This document shows positions 1 to 13,900 of a DNA stretch of 64,000 nt, piece after piece. The stretch lies in the NCBI RefSeq assembly GCF_963921235.1, contig NC_086118.1, positions 15,502,001 to 15,566,000 of the forward strand, given 5' to 3'. The position numbers and the translations under genes were made by a program. Within the stretch, counting starts at the first letter, position 1, and each line of letters begins with the position of its first letter. The notes below the pieces were generated by a model. That model searched no databases. It was not told the DNA's origin and saw only the letters and a program-made list of their open reading frames with translations. This DNA comes from Mobula hypostoma. Its lineage: Eukaryota.

Positions 1-14
1 ATGGTCTGGAAGAA

Positions 15-175
15 AGCGGTACCTTGTGGATTGGAAGGGATATGGTCTGGAAGAAACCATGATTCCTTCACAGGACATCTTGGACCCTATACTGATAGGG
101 GACTTTCATGAGCACCACCCTGATCGCCCTGGGACATCAGAAGCCAGCCGTAGGAGAGATGGTTCTATCATGGTC
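15..175 (+). mobile_element. Gypsy (chromovirus-like) pol 3' end: chromodomain, purine tract, start of LTR
   Basis: [12 protein letters not shown]...DILDP chromodomain-like motif; purine tract; TATCATGGTC at 166 resembles the LTR start TGTCATGGTC at 10673. Confidence 0.65.
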
Positions 176-359
176 ACAAATGAACAGCAGCAGGCATCCA
201 AATTTCAGCTCTCCCATTTCCCAGAGTATGGTCAGCTGCAGCTGTCGTTTCAAGACTCAGAACTCCAATTATTGCCTGCCACATTCCTTCATGGAAACTC
301 TATACTTAATGGCCTTGTGCTGAATGCTCAGTGCTCAATGATAAGAATTCCATTTGCAG

Positions 360-2125
360 TACTAAGCCATCTCCAACGGGATCCCATCACCAAGCACATC
401 TTTCCCTCCCCCACTTACTGCTCTCTGCAAGAGTCGCTCCCTACGTGACTCCCTTGTCCATTCGTCGCTCTCCACTGATCTTCCTTCTGGCACTTTTTCT
501 TGCAAGCAGAACAACTGCTACGCCTGCCCTAGACCTCCTCCTTCACTACCATTCAAGGCCGCAAACAGTCCTTCCAGGTGAGGTGACACTTCAGCTGTGA
601 GTCTGTTAGGATCATGCACTGTGTCTGGTGTTCCCAGTGTGGCCTCCTGTGTGCCTGTGAGACCGGATATCGCTTCGCTGAGCACTTACAATCCGTCCAC
701 CAGAAAAAGTGGGATCTCCCAGTGGCCACCCATTTTAATTCCACTTCCCATTCCCATTCTGAAACGTCTGTCCATAGCCTCCTTCACTGTTGTGATTAGG
801 CCCAATTCAGGTTGGAGAAACGACACTGTAATCCATCTGGGTAGCCTCCAAACTCATGGCATGAACAAAGATTTCTTGAACTTCTGGTAATGCCCACCAC
901 CTCTTTCACCATTCCCCATCTCCTTATCCCTCTCTCACCTTATCTTCATAGAAACATAGAAACATAGAAAATAGGTGCAGGAGTAGGCCATTCGGCCCTT
1001 CGAGCCTGCACCGCCATTTATTATGATCATGGCTGATCATCCAACTCAGAACCCAGCCTTCCCTCCATACCCCCTGACCCCTGTAGCCACAAGGGCCATA
1101 TCTAACTTCCTTTTAAACATAGCTAATGAACTGGCCTCAACAGTTTGCTGTGGCAGAGAATTCCACAGATTCACCACTCTCTGTGTGAAGAAGTTTTTCC
1201 TAACCTCGGTCCTAAAAGGCTTCCCCTCTATCCTCAAACTGTGACCCCTCGTTCTAGACCTCCCCAACATCGGGAACAATCTTCCTGCATCTAGCCTGTC
1301 CAATCCCTTTAGGATCTTATACGTTTCAATCAGATCCCCCCTCAATCTTCTAAATTCCAACGAGTACAAGCCCAGTTCATCCAGTCTTTCTTCATATGAA
1401 AGACCTGCCATCCCAGGAATCAATCTGGTGAACCTTCTTTGTACTCCCTCTATGGCAAAGATGTCTTTCCTCAGATTAGGGGACCAAAACTGCACACAAT
1501 ACTCCAGGTGTGGTCTCACCAAGGCCTTGTACAACTGCAGTAGTACCTCCCTGCTCCTGTACTCGAATCCTCTCGCTATAAATGCCAGCATACCGTTCGC
1601 CTTTTTCACCGCCTGCTGTACCTGCATGCCCACTTTCAATGACTGGTGTATAATGACACCCAGGTCTCGTTGCACCTCCCCTTTTCCTAATCGGCCACCA
1701 TTCAGATAATAATCTGTTTTCCTATTTTTGCCACCAAAGTGGATAACTTCACATTTATCCACATTAAATTGCATCTGCCATGAGTTTGCCCACTCACCCA
1801 ACCTATCCAAGTCACCCTGCATCCTCCCCACCCATTGCCTCCCTTGTGCTCTTCCCCCCACTTTTCTTTCTTCCTATGGCCTTCAATCCTCTTCTATCAG
1901 ACTCCCCCTTCTCCAGCTGTGTATCTCTTTCACCAATCAACTTCCTAGCTCTTTACTTCATCCCTCCTCCTTCAGGTCTCACCTATCACCTTGTGTTTCT
2001 CTCTCCCCTCCCCTCTACATTGAATGTACTCTTTTCCATAGATGCTGTCTGGTCTGCTGAGTTCCTCTAGCATTTTGCGTGTGTGGCTTGGATTTCGAGC
2101 ATCTGCAGGTTTTCTCTTGCTTGTG
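360..2125 (+). mobile_element. Penelope-like element 3' part (GIY-YIG region and tail), split by a CR1 insertion
   Basis: [15 protein letters not shown]... is homologous to the minus-strand ORF 22435-23172; the pyrimidine-rich tail resumes at about 1826. Confidence 0.75.
948..1825 (-). mobile_element. CR1 LINE 3' fragment, young copy
   Basis: Uninterrupted RT C-terminal frame (WQMQFNVDKC...LVRPHLEYCVQFWSP); (ATAGAAAC)n tail; near-identical to 27149-28030. Confidence 0.92.
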
Positions 2126-2269
2126 ATTCTAGTATTACTGTTTGTGCTTTTGCCTTTGGACTTAATTTGCATTGTCTTGTTATATCAAGTCTAACTCTGA
2201 GTCTATTCTATACCCTCCTCTGGACTTGGGTGCACCACCATCCATAGCTCTCTTGTTACAGCACATACT

Positions 2270-4005
2270 TATAGAACAGAGATGAGGAGGAATTTCTTTA
2301 ACCAGAGTCAAGCATGGTGAATTTGTGGAGTTCAATGCCACGGACGTGTGTGGAGGCCAAGACATTGGGTAGTTTTAAAGTAGAGGTTGACATGTTCTTG
2401 ATTAGTAATGATGTCAGAGGTTATGGGGAGAAGGCAGGAAAAATGGAGTTGAGAGGGATAGTAGATCAGCCATGATTGAATGGTGGAGTAGACTTGACAG
2501 ATTGAATGGCCAAACTCTATACATATGTCTTGTGGTCTATGTGGACTTCAGCAATTATAGGGAGGTGTTGGGAGACAAGGGTTTTATATCTTGGAATGTA
2601 GATTAACAGTAACAATATAGAAGTGTAAAACATTATGAACAACATAGGCAGGGTGACTATACATAAATCTTTTCCCAGTGAAAGGGAACAAAAATATTAG
2701 AGGGCACACTGCAGGTTTATGGTAAGGGGGAAAGATTTAAAAGGGAACCGAGGAAAAACATGTTCACACAGAGAATGCTGCATATGTGGAACAGGCTGCT
2801 ACAGAAAGTAGTTAAGATCAATATCTAAAAGAGATTTGGATAGGAAAGATTTACAGAGATATGGAACCAAACACGGGCAAAAGAGACTAATTTAGGTGGA
2901 AACTTTGGTCGGCTTGGACAAATTGGGCTGAATGGTCTGTTTCTCTATGAACCTATCACAATGTAGTTCACATAGTTAGTAAGTTTGTCACTGATAGCAA
3001 AATTGCTGATGTAATCAACGGAAAGAAGGTTATCTGAGATCACAACAGTATCTAGTGGGCCAAGGAATGGCAAATATAATTTAACTCGGGCATGTGAGAG
3101 ACATTGCATTTTGGTAAGATAGACAGTGGCAGAACTTACATAGTAAATAACAAGCCTCTGGATAGTGCTTGAGGTCATTTGGCACAATTGCCTTCATCAG
3201 TCATTGAGCACAGGTATTGGGATATCATGTTACTACTGTATAAGTCAGCAGTGAGGCCACACTTGCAGCTTTGTGTAGAGCTGTCCAGCAATATGACAGA
3301 CATCATTAAGCTGGTAAGGGTGCAGAAATGATTTGTGAGGATGAGACTTGGACTGGAGGGCTTGAGATGGAATGAAAAGGTGGGTGGGTTTGGACAAATT
3401 TCCCCTAGAGAACAGGAGGGTTAGGGCTGGCATAAAGTTATATAAAATCATGTAATGCATAGGTTAAGTAAATGCTCACAGTCTTTATTCCAGGGAAGTG
3501 GAGTCTAAACCAGAGGAGATGCAAGACAGACTGCAGATGTTGGAAATGACAAAATGGTGAAGGAACTCAACAGATAAAACAGCATTGAAAGAAAGAAATG
3601 AACTGTCAACTTTTCAGGCTGAGACTCTTCATCAGGAAAAAGGACTGAAAGAGGCTGAAGCGGAACCTTACTGGAAACATAGACTGAAGTGATAGTAGCA
3701 AACCTTTCTGCATAATAAAGGAGTGAAATTCCAGAGGGCAGAGGTTTAGAGTGAGGGGTAAGAGCTTAAGAGGGAAACGAGAATTTAGAAGAATTTTTCA
3801 CCCAAAGGTGGTTGGAATCTGGAATGTACTGTTTGAGAGGATGGTGGAAACATATACCTTCACCACATTTAAGAAGCAGCTAGATAAGCCCTGGAATTTA
3901 CAGTGCATTTATGCTACAGATCAAGTGCTGGTGAATGGAATTATTAAATGTATTCTTGATGATTGGCATGGACAAGATGGGCTGAAGGACTTTTTTCTAT
4001 GACTG
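2270..4005 (+). mobile_element. Cluster of degenerate CR1 3' fragments with a Penelope-tail remnant near 3520-3650
   Basis: Repeated decayed CR1 end motifs (RNFF.QRVV.LWN; ggttatggggagaaggcagga). Confidence 0.65.
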
Positions 4006-4774
4006 TATGCCTGAGGTATTTTTAAATGTTGCTGTTGATCTCCCGACATTTACTTAGGTATGTGTAGTCCATAAAATACTGGACAATCCCTAACCAGCTA
4101 ATTACTGTACCATCTGTTCACACTCAGCCATCACTTCACTGAAGAAGGTTGTCAGCAGTGCTATCAAGAGGTGTTTATTCACCATTGGGAAACAGAAAAT
4201 TTCAACCTCCATACCAGAACCAATGACAGCCCTGCTTTAAACCTCAAACATCAGCATGTACAAGTCCACTTGCATGCACATGTTCAGAGACCAATCTCCC
4301 AGTATTCATTTACTTGTTCCTTGAAGAATATGAAAGAATGGGTCTGACACTTAACATCTGTTATCATTTCAGAGGATCTCCCCTGGGCCTAGCATGTCTG
4401 AGCAATTACAAAGAAAGCATGGCAACACCTCTACTTCTCTAGGAGTTGGTGAACATTCAGCATGACAACTAAAACTTTGACAAGCTTTCAGCACTTCTAC
4501 ATGGAGCACTATTGCAAGAAAGCAGTACCCATCTTCAAGGACCCCTTCCATCCAGGCCATGCTCTCTTCTCACTGCTGCAGTCAGGAAGAAGATACAGGA
4601 GCCTCAGGACTCACAATACCAGGTTCTGATCAGGCTCTTGAAACAGAGAGGATAATTTCATTCAACTCCACTCACCCCATCAGAGCTGTTACCACAATCT
4701 ATAGATTCAGTTTCAAGGACTCTTCATCTCATGTTTTCGATATTTATTGCTTATATATTATATTTTTAATTTTT

Positions 4775-5630
4775 TCTCAGGTTCAGCTGGTAAAACCTGA
4801 GGTGCAGGCATACACAAACACAATCACTTCTCAATTGCTAGGAACATTCGGACTATTCAAGCGGTGTTTAACATTGTGGCCTTCTTGAGATTTACATAAA
4901 TATTGCTGTGTGGGCATAATTGTTTAATGCTATTGTATAGTGACTTTGGGGTGATAGCAGCTGTAGATATTACTATCGGAACAATGTATATCCTGTTCAT
5001 GTTCCATAATCTTTCAATCTCTTCTTTTAATTTAACATATTTCTGGTGTTTTTCAGTTATTGATTTCTGTATGTCATGTATGTTCCGAATGGCAATATCT
5101 TCTAAGTAAGTTGTTCTTCCTTGTTTATCCTATAATATTATATCTGGACAGTTATTATGGATTGACCTATCTACAGTATAATAATGAATCATTTGTAATA
5201 TAATTTGTAGGACTCCAACTCTAAAACTGAATCAGGCTTCTATTTATAGTAAGGTATGGTGTCTTTTACAGGTTTGTATTTTCAAGCAAGATTTTGGTGA
5301 ATGATGTTTTCCACTGGATTGTACCTATGCTAAGTAATAAGATTGAGTTAAGTTACTGCAGGATCCTGTAGTGTGTTGGATCATTTTTTATTTCCCTTTG
5401 CATTTTCTGTATTTATCGTCTTAAATTCATTGGTCTTTAATTATGTATATTTGATTTTTTTTGTGTGTTACCCACCTGGTTCTGTATTGCCACGAGGAAT
5501 ACAGTGGACTTCATCACTGAGCCAGGTGTTCAGTGCTTCCTTGTTGATATCTAGTCTGCTCAGATATGGGGATGTCTTCCATAGATGAAAGTAATTCTTC
5601 TATAGTGATAATTTCTTCATTTTTCTGAGC
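4775..5630 (-). mobile_element. R4/Dong-like non-LTR retrotransposon 3' fragment (CCHC and restriction-like endonuclease)
   Basis: Minus translation gives RKC...IQHTTGSC, then NNCPDII...EDIAI...EKHQKYVKLKEEIERLW...IVPIVIS; contains stops. Confidence 0.65.
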
Positions 5631-5879
5631 TTAGCAGTGTGAACTTCTTTATTTATATTATTCATATTTTCTTTATTTATTTTCTCTTTCATATTTGCAG
5701 TTTGTTGTCCTTTGCACATTGGTTGTTTGTCCATCCTGTTGGGTGTGGTCTTTCATTGATCCTATTGTGTTTCTTGGTATTTACTGTGCATGTCCACAAA
5801 TACACAAATCTCAGGGTTGTAGATGGTGACATATATGTACTTTTATAATCATTTTATATTGAACCTTTGAATATTCTAC

Positions 5880-7300
5880 ACTCAGGTTCTTCACCAGCTT
5901 GCCCTTGCTGTATATAGTGCAGTGCCCTCTAAATAATTTCACTAGAATTTGAGCATGGAAAATGGGGACCATTTCTCAAATCTTGGAAGCCACTGCTTAA
6001 ATTAAGGAATAGGTGATGAAATTCACCACTGCTGGGACAGTCTTTGGCTGTTTAAAGAGCCTTTATCTCAAACTTAGCAGAAATCTCGAGGTCCATGGGG
6101 AAACAGCGATCCTTGCCTTTCTGCATGCTTCTGATACATGGACTATATACAACAGTCATCTAAAAGCACAGGAGCAGGTTGACTCTGTGGTTAAGAAAGC
6201 ATACGGTGTATTTGTCTTCATCAACTGTGGGACTGAGTTTAGGAACCGTGAGGTAATGCTACAGCTATATAGGACCTTGGTAAGACCCCACTTGGAACAC
6301 TGTGCTTGGTACTGGTCACCTCACTACAGGAAGGATGTGGAAACTATAGAAAGGGTGCAGAGGAGATTTACAAGGATGTTGCCTGGGTTGGGATCATGCC
6401 TTATGAGAATAGCTTGACTGAACTCGGCCTTTTCTCCTTGGAACGGCGAAGACTGAGAGGTGGCCTGATAGAGATGTACAAGATGATGAGAGGCATTGAT
6501 TGTGAGGATAGTCAGAGGCTTTTTCCCAGGGTGTAATGGCTAGCACGAGAGGGCACAGTTTTAAGGTGCTTGGAAGTAGGTACAGAGATATCGGGGTAAG
6601 TTTTTTTACGTAGAGAGTGGTGAGTGCATGGAATGGGCTGCCATGAGACTGGAGGATGGTGGAGGCAGATACGATAGGCTCTTTAAGAGACTCCTGGACA
6701 GGTACAAGGAGCTTTGAAAAATAGAGGGGCTATGGGTAACCCTAGGTAATTTCTAAAGTAAGTACATGTCCGGCACAGCACTGTGGGCCGAAGGACCCAT
6801 ACTGTCCTGTAGGTTTTCTAAGTTTCTATGAGAAATATCAACACCATCTCCACAAGATCTTCCAAATCTATTTGTGAGATAAATAAATTACTTACTTCGG
6901 ATAAGTAACATGTCAGAATCCTCTTATACTTCAACATCTCCTCCAACATATACAGAACAGGTGTTCACATTTCTGACATTAGACTCTTGAAACAGTTAGT
7001 TTCCTCCAGGATTTATCACAGTTTGGCAGGTGGCACAGGAATCAATTCAAGGATTGTTTTTAAAGCCTCTTTGGAAAAAATGTATCTCTTGTAAGGAAAA
7101 AGAGAGAATTGAAAGACATTAATCTGGAGTAAATAGGAGCTCACAAACTGTGGAAAGAATGTACCACCACCCAAAATACCCATTCAACCACCCTGTCAAG
7201 CAGCTTCTACTTCTGTGGCAGTGTCTGCAGTTCAAATGTCAGGCCTATCAGCTACTTCATAACTCATAGAATTAGATCAAGCAAGTCACTCTAGACAGCA
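5880..7300 (+). mobile_element. Degenerate RTE-like LINE fragment interrupted by CR1
   Basis: ASDTWTIYNSHLKA before the CR1 and a decayed EKY continuation after it. Confidence 0.5.
6170..6829 (+). mobile_element. CR1 LINE 3' fragment
   Basis: VVKKAYG...LYRTLVRPHLE...ERVQRRFTRMLPGL; TTTCTA tail. Confidence 0.85.
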
Positions 7301-10300
7301 AGGCAGAGTAAAATTCAGACCTTTATACAGCCATAGTCCAATCACAGTTAATGGTGCCAAACAGTGAGAGTATCTGCCCTCAACAACATTTCAGTACTTA
7401 TCTAAGCCCACCCTTAAGAATTCTTGGTAAACCTGAAATTATTGAAAATAAAGAAGAAAATTCCTTTCTGGCTGCAGTCATACCTTAAATAATTATGATC
7501 TGCTGTTGGAGGCCAGCCATTACGACTTGAGGATACTGCTGCCAGATCCTTACAAAGTGAAACAATCTTGCCAGCACCCAGCCAATCCTTGCCAGTACCC
7601 AGCGAGACCCGGGAAACATAGATACGAACTGTTGAGTGAGAAGTAGCAATTGTGCTATCTAAGTTCCAGACAGAGGTAGTTTCTAATAACCTTCACTTGA
7701 CATTCAGTAGCATTACCATTGATAAGACTCCAGTATGATACCCTGAGTCAGGACTGATAAAATTCATAAATATTATGGCAGTAAGAACAGATCAGAGACT
7801 GCAGGGAGAGACTCATCACTCACTCTCCAGTTCCAAACCATCTGCAAGACACAGTTCGCCATGTACCAATATTCAAGCTTATCATCAGTTCACTGCACTT
7901 CATTAGTAGCAAATGCTTCCCCCACACCCCATGCATTCACTCCCTCAATCTTCTATGCAACTTGGCTACAGTGTTCCATCAATAATTGGCTGAAGCTTGC
8001 AGTCTGTTTCAATTCAATTTTATCAACTCTTCATTGTAGTTTTTTTCAATGAGCTCACTATGATGTGCGGTTCTGTCAGCCAGTAACAGTAAGAAGTGCT
8101 ACCAAAAACAAAGTAAATAAAATTTATTCCTTTCACCGATCCAGTTGAAAAATCATTGGTCAGCAGTGCAAGTTCAAATATCAGATATGTGAGTTTTTAA
8201 TTCAATCCAAATCATTTACTAAGCCAAAATAGAAAGAAAAAGAATGACACTTAAGACACAGAAATATTAATTGTGTATGTTTTTAAATTTCCAGTGAGAT
8301 ACACAGTCTGAATGAATTAGGCTCTACACATGAAAAAAAAACTTCTAGTGCCAGAAATGCTGCTGGACAGTGATTAGGACATATTATGCCATGGAAATAT
8401 TTCTGGCAGCTTTAACTGAAGCTAAGTTCAGCAGCTTCATGCTGCTTCATGTAACTCAATGCCAAATCTCTGAGATACCATTGTAAATCAAGCAAGTCAA
8501 TTCTGCATTTATGTGAGTGTGAACAACCACTAGATAATGTCCAATTTACACACTAATATCTTAGATGTTTCATCCACAATTATCTAAGTTAGATAATTAG
8601 AATAAAAGATTCAGATGAATTAGTTCAAAACTCACCGTGGCAGTGAGGGATTTTAAATTCAAGTTATTTCCACTAAGATGGCAGCGTGCCTGGACATAGC
8701 AGCTTTTATGGAGCCAACCTAAGATGTAATTGTCTTTTTTAAACATTTATTTTACTGTCAGAAGATACTGCTTGGCATTAAGAATGTAAAGTACTGCTGG
8801 TCTACCCCATCAGTGAGTTGCTCATTGGCAGAGAAGCTGAAGGAGGTCGACGATGCAGAATGTGCTGCTGCCTGCATCAAATGAGTTGGTGCGCAAAGAC
8901 TTTCTGCGTGATTGTCTTAAGTCATTTCTCTTGCGATTGCAAGTCCCTGTTGAAATGCTGCAAGTCTGATTCCCTGATTTATTGGCAGGCAGTAGGGGCA
9001 GACAGCGGGGACCTGAGTGGTGTCGGTTGTGATGAGGACTAGGCCTCAAGCCGCGGTGTCGCCCACTTACAGACATCCAGGAGAGAGGCACTGCAGTTGG
9101 TGTACTCCACTGGAGCGTTAGGGGTGGTGTGGTGCAGTGTTGAAGCTGGAGTCAGTGCTGCCCCCAGTGTTCGCTCAGCAGAAGGCATGCTGTATTATAT
9201 TCTGTTGCAGACTGTTGCAACATTTGTGGACTCAGGGTCTTGGACTTTTTTTGTGTGTGACTGTATTTTACCGATATCTTACATTTGCTTGCAATCTTAT
9301 TTGTTGCTAAATATGCCTTGTGCTGTGTAGGATCATTGGTACTGTTTTGCACCTTGGTCCTGGAGTAACACTGTTTTGTTCGGCTGTATTCATGGGCATT
9401 CATATGTGGTTGAGTGAAAATTAAACTTGGAACTTGAAATTAAATAACCTCAAAGTTTAAGTTATAAAATCCTTCAGCTTCACTATTGGCATTTAGGGAG
9501 AGAAATCTGCTTTGCTTTGACACTAGTCCCATAGCTATGGATTAGGTTCTAATCTAACCCAGGATAATAAGGACTCTAAAAAGAGATTTAAATGATGTTG
9601 GGAATCACTGGAGGTAGGGTGTGGTGTACAGATCAGAGTTGTTATGTAGTAAAATAAAACAAGCCAAAAATAGCAATTATGGTTGACGGCAAATAGATCA
9701 TAACTTGTAGGGAAGTGATTTATCAGTCACTGGCATTAATTAGAATTGTTTTAAACCCAAATGCAAAAAAACTCAGAACAAAACACACACAGTGATACAA
9801 AAGAGTCTAAATGGGATTCCTCTAAAATCCATTTGCAGTTGTGGACACAAGAAGTTAAAGTTAGGACTAAATATTTCAGGGTAACTTACATTTAAAAAGC
9901 AGATGTTGAGGTGTAGCATGGGGATGGTTAGGTAGGGGAGGGGACAGTGCTGGTGTCATCTGGAAGTTCCAGCTGTCCTGAAGCAGATTCATGACCAAAA
10001 GTATGGGCAACTCCTTTCCACCTACAGATGGTGCTTGACTAGTTTAGTTCCTCCAGCAGTTTGTTCCTTGCCAGTATTAATTTGGAGGTGAGGATAATAT
10101 AATCAATTGCTCTGGGAATTGATTCACACTTGACAATCAATGTGCCTTGAACATAAATGCTATCAGTCAACACTTAGCAGTCAATTAGGTAGTGTTGTCC
10201 AAATTGCTTGGTTTGTTCGAAACTCCAGAATTATCAGCACTTGTGAAGAGCTTTTTGTTTTCGCTCAAGAAACCATCAAGACTGCTTTGGCAAGACCAAC

Positions 10301-10672
10301 CATGAAATCCAGGAGCTAATATTTTGAATCTGAAGCACCATCATGTCTCAAGATGGTAACCCTACATGGATCCAAGATCTCACTTCCCTCACGTGGCAGG
10401 AGGAGAACATAGCAGAAGACCCCAGAGATTCTAGAATCATAAGTATCCACAAAAAAGATGACAATACTGATTACAGTAGTTACAAAGGAATCTCCCTGCT
10501 GCTTGACCCCAGCAAAAAATATCACCAAATTTTTCTGGAGATCCATCCTACCAATAGCTAACTACCTTATTCTTGTCAGAAAACCCAGACTCCAACCACA
10601 TAAGATATGATATCCACCACACAACAAATTCAGAAGAAAATGTGGTGAGCGATAACAGCCACAATACATTAT

Positions 10673-11640
10673 TGTCATGGTCCGGTCCATGAATCCTGGT
10701 TCCAGGTTTTCCTGTTTTTTCCCTTGTTCTGTCAGATGCCTTAATTGAGACACCTGATTCTCATTTTGGGCTGGTACATAAATACCTCTCAAACCAAGGA
10801 TTCCCTGCTGGACTGCTCCCTTCCCCTCCTCATTTGAATCCCTGGCAGTTTATCTCAACAGTTACTTCGGCACTAACCTTCTGCTGTAATCTTTGTCTGT
10901 TACCTTCGCGTGCTACCTTGCCTGTATCGTTGCCTAGTTCAGCTGCCTGAGTGAGACTGGAGCCATGTCTTGTCAAGATAAGAAACTATTTATCGTTGAG
11001 TTTGGAACTATCTCTTTGTGTCCCTGTGTTTTGTGTCCATGTCAAGAACAGTCCTGGCCCTAGGTCCTGTTCCCTAGGAGGGGTCCTTACTCTGTGTTAA
11101 GCCCCAGCCCTAAGTCCTGCTCCCAAGGAAGGGTCCCGCCTCTGTGTTCTGTGTTCCTGAGTTCCAATTTCCAGGTGCCGTGTTCAAGTCCTGTCCAAGT
11201 AAAGGCTTTGTGTTCTCGCCCAGCCTGATGCTGGAGATTCCTTGTCCTGTGCTGGATCGTCCACATCTGAATCCTTGGCAGTTACCTGGGCAAATATCCT
11301 CAGCAGTCATCCCGGCCCCTGTGTTCAAGAAAAGGTCCCGGCCCTGCATCCTAGAAGGGTCCTGGTGGCTCCGAGCCCAAGTAGGAGTCCTGGCTCCGTA
11401 CCCTAGAGCCTAACCCAGCCAAATCTAGTTCAAGAGGCACGTCCTGCACTGGAGATTCCTCGTCCTGCGCTGAGATTCCTCATCCAGCCTGGTGCAGGAG
11501 TTCCCTCGTCCTGTCCAAGCCAAGACCAAGAACCTCATCCTGTCCAAGTCAAGGTTTTGTGTTCTCATTCTGTCCACCTACCTCGTCCTCTGCAGGCATT
11601 CCACGCCCAGTCCTGTAGCCATGTACTGTCCACATCTATA
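10673..11640 (+). mobile_element. LTR (Gypsy-like), truncated by a CR1 fragment
   Basis: Starts TGTCATGG; TATA-like CATAAATA near 10778; internal GTCCTGTCC/CCAAG sub-repeats shared with 31240-31497. Confidence 0.6.
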
Positions 11641-11644
11641 CAGG

Positions 11645-12035
11645 AGAAATCCATATACACTACATCTACTGCTCTACCTTCATCAACGTGTTTAGTCACA
11701 TCCTCAAAAAATTCAGTCAGGCTCATAAGGCCTGACCTGCCTTTGACAAAGCTATGCTGACTATTCCTAATCATATTATGCCTCTCCAAATGTTCATAAA
11801 TCCAGCCTCGCAGCATCTTCTCCATCAACTTACCAACCACTGAAGTAAGACTCACTGGTCTATAATTTCCTGGGCTATCTCTACTCCCTTTCGTGAATAA
11901 GGAAACAACATCTGCAACCCTCCAATCCTCCAGAACCTCCCCCGTCCCCATTGATGATGCAAAGATCATTGCCAGAGGCTCAGCAATCTCTTCCCTCGCC
12001 TCGCACAGTAGCCTGGTGCACATCTCGTCCGGTCC
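11645..12035 (-). mobile_element. CR1 RT fragment
   Basis: EDWRVADV...PGNYRPVSLTSVVGKLME...VDVVYMDFS. Confidence 0.85.
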
Positions 12036-13900
12036 CTTTGTTAGAAGGAATAAAGACAAAGACTATTTTCTCAATAGGCAGTGGATTCAGAAATCAGAGG
12101 TGCAACGGGACTTGCGAACTCTAGTGCTGGATCCCCTGGAATATACTTGCAGTATATTAACTTGCAATAGTAAGGAAGACAAATGCAATGTTAGCATTCA
12201 TTTTGGGAAGATTGTAGGTTAAAAGCAAGGATGTAATGCTGAGGCTTTATAGTGGGTTGGTCAGACCACATTTGGTGTACTCTGAGCAGTTTTGGGTCTC
12301 ACTTCAAAGAATACATGTGCTGGCACTAGAGAGCACCCAGAGGATGCTTATGAGAATGATCCAGGAATGAAAACATTAACATATGCAGACTGTTTGGTTG
12401 TCCTTGGCCTGAACTCACTGGAGTTTGGAAGGATGAGGTGGAGATCTCACTGAATATTGAAAGGCTTCGACAGAGTGGATCTGGAGAAGATGTTTCCATT
12501 ATTGGGGGAGTTTACAACTAGAGGGCACAGCCTCTGAATAGAAGGATGTCTCTTGAGAATGAGATGAGAAGGAATTTATTCAGCCAGAGGACACCGAATC
12601 TATGGAATTCATTGGCAACTATGGAAGGCAAGTCATGATCAGCCATAGTGGAATGGTGGAGCAGACTCAATGGGCTGGAAGGCTTAACTCTACTCTTATA
12701 TCTTGTGGTCTTATAAAGAGGCCAACAGGTTTGGATCTACATTCCAAAATTGGTAGATGTTGGTGCAGAATGCTTGGAGACTGTTATGGTACTCTTCAAA
12801 GACTCCAGATTCTGAAATATTCTCCTTAGATTTGGAAGTTCTTAAATTAAATTTAAAGAAGGAAGAGGGAAAATTAAGGTCTAAGTACCAGTTAAAGCAA
12901 CACCAAATGTCAAGGTAATGCCAGAACCGGTTATTAAGAATGTGGAATAGGTTTCATGGAGTTGATGCAATGAATTAGCAGACATAGAGGATTGGTTAAA
13001 GACCAGAAACTAGAACAGAAATGAACCACAACTTTTCTGTTTACGTTGTTGTTACCTTTGGGTAGGGGTCAGTGGTGGACCTTATCTACAGAAATGGCTA
13101 TCATGAAAGGTCAGAGAATTATTTAGCTATGTTTGCTGAAGATATTGAAGTTGATGGAGAAGAAGCCTGGAGCAGAATCAATGCAGAGTTTACAGAAGGA
13201 TTTAGGAAGATGAGTGAGAAAGAAGATAACACATGGAAACTAATGTGGAAGATGAGGCATAATTCATTTTGAATGACAAGAGTAACAAAACAGATTTTTT
13301 AAAAATCAATGAAAATCAGTAAGCATTACTATTGCATGAGATCTGGAAAGCAAAACACAAACCACAGAAAAAAATATGGGTACATCCAGCAGTCATGAGG
13401 GAAAATGGTATGTTGGCTTTTGCTGCCAGGATTTGGTGTACCAGAGGAAAGAACGTTTGCTGCAATTTTGAACACACCTGGAATAATGCCATATGTACCT
13501 AGAAGACAGAGATAAGCATTGAAGAGACTCAGTAGGATAGACCCATTTTATTGAAGGTCACAAAAATGGTCATTGAAACATAATACACTCAGAGGATTTG
13601 CCATGCTAAATAATGAGAGACTGATTTTTCCTGTGTGTAAGGTCCATAGTTAAAGAGTACGTTTCAAGATAAGGGCTTGGCCAATTATGACTGAGATGTA
13701 AAGAATTTTCTTTACTCAGATATTTGTGACTCCTTTCTTAGGCTCCACCTCAATGGGCAATACGTATTTTGTCACTGAGTATTTAAAAGGGAGATATTGG
13801 TAGATTTTGGTGAGAAAGGAATATGGAAATTTGACAAGAAATGTGCCCCAGGGTAGAGTATTAGCCATGATATAACTTTTCTCCAGAATAGACAGAGAAA
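12036..13900 (+). mobile_element. Degenerate CR1 fragments
   Basis: Decayed EVQRDL, VMLRLY and LVRPHL motifs and CR1 3' UTR. Confidence 0.6.

Noticed and set aside
1..56. Direct repeat ATGGTCTGGAAGAAA at positions 1 and 42
   Set aside because: Small local duplication in a decayed Gypsy fragment at the window edge; cannot be interpreted further.
10673..11640. Short repeated units resembling a CRISPR array
   Set aside because: Irregular degenerate sub-repeats within an LTR in a eukaryotic genome; no constant repeat-spacer period and no cas genes.
11645..12720. Opposite-strand CR1 pieces as one inverted insertion
   Set aside because: They differ in apparent age and subfamily, are not contiguous in ORF2, and no TSD was seen.
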